Source: an uncultured Chroococcidiopsis sp. (lineage in GTDB: Bacteria > Cyanobacteriota > Cyanobacteriia > Cyanobacteriales > Chroococcidiopsidaceae). Taken from it: a stretch of DNA of 64,000 bases. Of the stretch, positions 60,460 through 64,000 are shown one piece after another; position 1 is the stretch's first letter; every line of letters starts with the position of its first letter. The DNA is taken from the NCBI GenBank assembly GCA_964248365.1, contig CAXTYC010000005.1, forward strand, positions 64,001-128,000, given 5' to 3'. Under the pieces are notes generated by a model. The model was not told the origin of the DNA. It searched no databases and worked only from the letters and a program-made list of their open reading frames with translations. Position numbers and translations under genes: made by a program.

Positions 60460-60888
60460 ATGTTAGCAAATAACATGATCAACATCCTGCTTGTCGAAGA
60501 TGGCGAAGTGGATGTCATGAACGTAAAAAGAGCGTTTAAAAAAAATAACATCAATAATCCACTTTATATAGCCCCTAATGGGTTAGAAGCATTAGACATA
60601 CTACGCGGGGAGGGAAAATCATATATACCAAAAGAGCGAAGATTAATTCTACTTGATTTAAATATGCCCAAAATGAATGGAATTGAATTTTTGCGTGAAT
60701 TGCGGGCAGATCCAGAAATCAAGCATATTCCCGTAGTTGTATTAACTACATCAAATGAAGACAAAGATAAAGTCGAAGCTTACAACTTAAATGTAGCTGG
60801 GTATATTCTCAAACCAGTAACATTTTCCAACTTCATTGAAGCAATGGCAACTCTAGATAAGTATTGGACTTTAAGCGAAATGCCCTAG
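60460..60888 (+). CDS. Single-domain response regulator (Rcp1-like)
   Basis: LLVED, LLDLNMPKMNG, VLTTS, YILKP. Confidence 0.93.
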   Translation: MLANNMINILLVEDGEVDVMNVKRAFKKNNINNPLYIAPNGLEALDILRGEGKSYIPKERRLILLDLNMPKMNGIEFLRELRADPEIKHIPVVVLTTSNEDKDKVEAYNLNVAGYILKPVTFSNFIEAMATLDKYWTLSEMP

Positions 60889-61042
60889 TTTAGGGGCTAG
60901 AGGCTAGAGGCTAGGGGCTAGAGAAACAATTATCAATTATCAATTGATAATTGATAATTGCTCCCCCCTCTCCCACTCTCCACCTCTTTCTCTCCTCTTT
61001 CCCTAGTCCCAAGCCGCCAGCCCCAAGCCCCTCTTTTGAGCT

Positions 61043-64000
61043 ATGGAAGAAACAGTTACGATTCTGATGATTGATGATGATGAAGTAGACCGCATGGCAG
61101 TACGGCGGGCGCTAAATGCTGCTGGCATCAAAATGAATTGGTCAGAATCCCATGACTGTGTCGGGGCGATCGCTACTTTACAGCAGCAGGAGTTTGATTG
61201 TGTCTTCCTAGATTATCGTCTGCCTGATGGCGACGGTTTGAGTTTAGTGCAGCAAATACGTGGTTTGGGAATTACTACTCCTTTGGTAGTTTTGACTGGA
61301 CAGGGAGATGAACAAATAGCTGTCCAGCTAATGAAAGCAGGGGCTTGCGACTATCTATCCAAAGACAAAATATCACCGCAGGCTCTATACCAAATCCTAC
61401 GTCAGACACTTCGCGTTCATCGGGCAGAAATGTCGGCAGCATCAGCGAATATGAAGCTCAAAGAAAGCGAAGAACGCTATCGCTTGGTACTAGAAGCGGC
61501 AAATGACGGCATTTGGGACTGGTTTTGTACTACAGACGAAGTTTACTGTAACGACCGACTGCTAGAAATTATTGGTGTATCACGCACGGCATTTAGCTTC
61601 ACTCCCGCCGCCTTTACCTCGCTGATGCACCCAGAAGATTTACCGAGAATTAAAGCAGCAATTTCTGCCCATATGACTATGGGCGAGAAATGTGAAGTAG
61701 AGTTTCGGATGCGTCATGCTTCTGGAGAATACCTTTATTGTCTTGCTAGAGGAAAAGCTCAACGCGATCGCAACGGTTGTCCTGATCGGATGTCGGGAGT
61801 ACTAAGCGATATTACCCAACGCAAGCACTCAGAGGCAGAAATTGTCAAACTAAATCGGGATTTGGAACGGCGGATAGATGAACTAGAAAAGTTGCTCGAT
61901 GTGATTCCAATTGGAATAGCGATCGCCCAAGATCCAGAATGTCGGCATATCCGAGTTAACCCAGCTTTAACCAAGCTGCTGCAACTGCCTACCAATGCTA
62001 ATGCTTCCAAAAGCGCTCCGGCATCCGAACAATTATTATATAAAGTGTATAGGGAAGGCAAAGAATTATCTGCCGCCGAGCTACCCATGCAGTATGCTGC
62101 TGCTAACGGCAAGGAAGTCTTGAATACCGAACTCGATGTAATTGTCGATCACAAACAACCAGCGGTTAAATTGCTCAGTAACGCTGTCCCATTATTTGAT
62201 GAACAAGGCGAATGTAGAGGCAGCATTGGAGCATTTTTAGATATTACCCAACGCAAGCAAATCGAAGAACAAGACCGATTCTTGGCTGAAGCTAGTGTTA
62301 TCCTAGCGGCTTCCCTAGACTACCAAACCATTCTGAAAAATCTATCTGGGCTAGTAGTCCCCCAATGGGCTGACTGGTGTAGTATTCATGTTGTCGAAGA
62401 AAACGGCTTGTTATCTCAAGTAACAGTTGCCCACCGTGATCCCTTGAAAGTACAGTGGGCAAAAGAGCTAGTGCGCCGCTATCCAGAAAATCCAAACGGT
62501 TACTTTGGCGCTCCCCAAGTGATACGCACTGGGGAATCAGCTTTATACTCAGAGGTTCCCGACTCGGTTCTAGAAAGAATCGCTCGTGATGCAATACATC
62601 TTGAGAGCTTGCGTCAAATAGGTATAAAGTCGTTAATTTGTGTACCAATGCAAGCTCGTGGGCGGATATTAGGCGCGATCAGCTTTGTATGGGCTGAGTC
62701 TGGTCGGATTTATACGACCGCCGATTTAGCCTTAGCAGAAGACTTGGGGCGGCGGACTGGTTTGGCAGTTGACAACGCTCGTCTTTACCAAGAAGCAAAT
62801 GAGATTGGCGAAAACCTGCGTCAGGCAATAATGATTCTCGGTGAACAGCAACAGCAACTGCGAGTGTTGCAGCGAATTACCAACCTCTTGAACCAGCGCC
62901 TGACGGACTTACCCAATTTACTACAAATCATTGTAGGAGCAATTTGTGATGGCATTGCCGGAGCCGATTTTGCTGTAATTGCTATCCCAAATCCCCAAAC
63001 CAACCACTTAGAATTAACAGCTACAGCAGGATTGGGCAGGGAAAGATTACTCTTAAGTGACTTATTCGATGCGGATGAAGGTTTGCTAAAGCAAGTATTT
63101 ATCACTGGGAAATCCAATTTGATTCGTCACGAAGCCCACGAGACAACCCGCCCTAGGGGATCTGGGGGAGATGAGGAAACTGGGGAAGCCCCGCGAGAGT
63201 TCTTAATCCAAAATCCAATCCCCCCAACCCCCCTTATTAAGGGGGGCGCTAAAATCCAAAATCCCCTAGCCTCTAGTCCCCAGCCCCTAGCCCCTCGATC
63301 CATCTACGCCGTTGCGATCGCCTCAGACGGGGCAAAAAGCCTGGGAGTGCTGGCGGTGGGAAATTGGCAAAATCCTGATGCTTTTGATCCCGAAGATCAG
63401 AATTTATTAGAGGCTGTAGGTGAACAAGCAGCGATCGCAATCAACAACGCCCGTCTAATCAGCACGTTGGAAGAACGGGAAGAACGCTTAGCTGCCCAAA
63501 ATCTTACCCTAGCACAACAAAACCGCGAACTAGAATTAACCAGGCAACGCATCGAACAACAGAACTTACAACTAATACAAGCGGCACAACTGAAATCTCA
63601 GTTTCTCGCCACTATGTCCCATGAATTGCGTACTCCCATGAATGCCGTTATCGGCTTTGCCCAAGTGTTATTGCGTCAACGCAAAGCCAAGCTGTCCGAT
63701 TCTCAAGCTGACATGGTAGAACGCATTCTCAATAATGGTAAAAACCTATTGGCGTTGATTAATGACATTCTGGATCTTTCCAAAATCGAAGCTGGTCACT
63801 TGGAACTGGAACTAAAAGAACTCAATCTTAGCAAGCTAATTTGGTCAACAGTTTCTGAACTCAAACCTTTAGCCGATCAAAAGCAACTGCCATTAAAGGT
63901 ATATGCCGAACTGGAAAACCCCATTATTATTAATGACAGTACCCGACTGCGCCAGGTTTTAATCAATCTGCTCTCGAATGCGATCAAGTTCACAGAAACG
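61043..64000 (+). CDS. Hybrid histidine kinase (REC, PAS, PAS, GAF, GAF, HisKA, start of HATPase), partial, runs off the window
   Basis: ATG at 61043, MEETVTILMIDDDEVD; FLATMSHELRTPMNAVIG; RLRQVLINLLSNAIKF at the window end; absent from the ORF track, consistent with no stop being reached. Confidence 0.9.
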   Translation, partial: MEETVTILMIDDDEVDRMAVRRALNAAGIKMNWSESHDCVGAIATLQQQEFDCVFLDYRLPDGDGLSLVQQIRGLGITTPLVVLTGQGDEQIAVQLMKAGACDYLSKDKISPQALYQILRQTLRVHRAEMSAASANMKLKESEERYRLVLEAANDGIWDWFCTTDEVYCNDRLLEIIGVSRTAFSFTPAAFTSLMHPEDLPRIKAAISAHMTMGEKCEVEFRMRHASGEYLYCLARGKAQRDRNGCPDRMSGVLSDITQRKHSEAEIVKLNRDLERRIDELEKLLDVIPIGIAIAQDPECRHIRVNPALTKLLQLPTNANASKSAPASEQLLYKVYREGKELSAAELPMQYAAANGKEVLNTELDVIVDHKQPAVKLLSNAVPLFDEQGECRGSIGAFLDITQRKQIEEQDRFLAEASVILAASLDYQTILKNLSGLVVPQWADWCSIHVVEENGLLSQVTVAHRDPLKVQWAKELVRRYPENPNGYFGAPQVIRTGESALYSEVPDSVLERIARDAIHLESLRQIGIKSLICVPMQARGRILGAISFVWAESGRIYTTADLALAEDLGRRTGLAVDNARLYQEANEIGENLRQAIMILGEQQQQLRVLQRITNLLNQRLTDLPNLLQIIVGAICDGIAGADFAVIAIPNPQTNHLELTATAGLGRERLLLSDLFDADEGLLKQVFITGKSNLIRHEAHETTRPRGSGGDEETGEAPREFLIQNPIPPTPLIKGGAKIQNPLASSPQPLAPRSIYAVAIASDGAKSLGVLAVGNWQNPDAFDPEDQNLLEAVGEQAAIAINNARLISTLEEREERLAAQNLTLAQQNRELELTRQRIEQQNLQLIQAAQLKSQFLATMSHELRTPMNAVIGFAQVLLRQRKAKLSDSQADMVERILNNGKNLLALINDILDLSKIEAGHLELELKELNLSKLIWSTVSELKPLADQKQLPLKVYAELENPIIINDSTRLRQVLINLLSNAIKFTET

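Noticed and set aside
60487..60515. Inactive receiver because of VEDGEVD instead of VEDDEVD
   Set aside because: The two key acidic residues, the phospho-Asp, Thr and Lys are intact; the changed position is variable
59..61035. Tandem repeat tracts as possible CRISPR arrays
   Set aside because: Units are contiguous 7-14-mers without unique spacers and no cas genes are present; these are cyanobacterial STRRs
63150..63160. Apparent TAG stop in the hybrid kinase (CCCTAGGGG)
   Set aside because: Out of frame; the reading frame is CCT-AGG-GGA and stays open

Overview
A cyanobacterial chromosome segment, indicated by abundant HIP1 octamers (GCGATCGC), heptameric STRR arrays between genes, and zds, HLIP and HCP/CTDH genes; I cannot place the genus from sequence alone. 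Most of it is ordinary: the end of a chemosensory operon (MCP tail, cheA, cheB), iscA, zds, cobQ, a guanidine-I riboswitch-controlled guanidine hydrolase/HypAB/ABC operon, cytochrome c oxidase genes (ctaA, ctaB, ctaCDE), ald, 5-oxoprolinase, queG, HCP plus CTDH, and a PAS-kinase/receiver/hybrid-kinase cluster running off the right edge. No rRNA, tRNA, CRISPR array or intact transposase was seen. The best candidate for an undescribed system is the AT-rich block at about 44.4-52.2 kb. It encodes four predicted membrane proteins: a GAP1-N2-like/TM/PstS-like fusion, a TRAFAC-type GTPase/TM/TPR protein, a HEAT/TM protein that seems to lack the NTPase core of its family, and a divergent two-GAF cyanobacteriochrome with no output domain. 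A candidate structured RNA lies between two of them. A second theme is very small repeat elements. They insert in frame into genes, frameshift a methyltransferase, and one family is surrounded by strong strand-specific G/T bias at synonymous sites. Family assignments come from motif recognition, not database searches.
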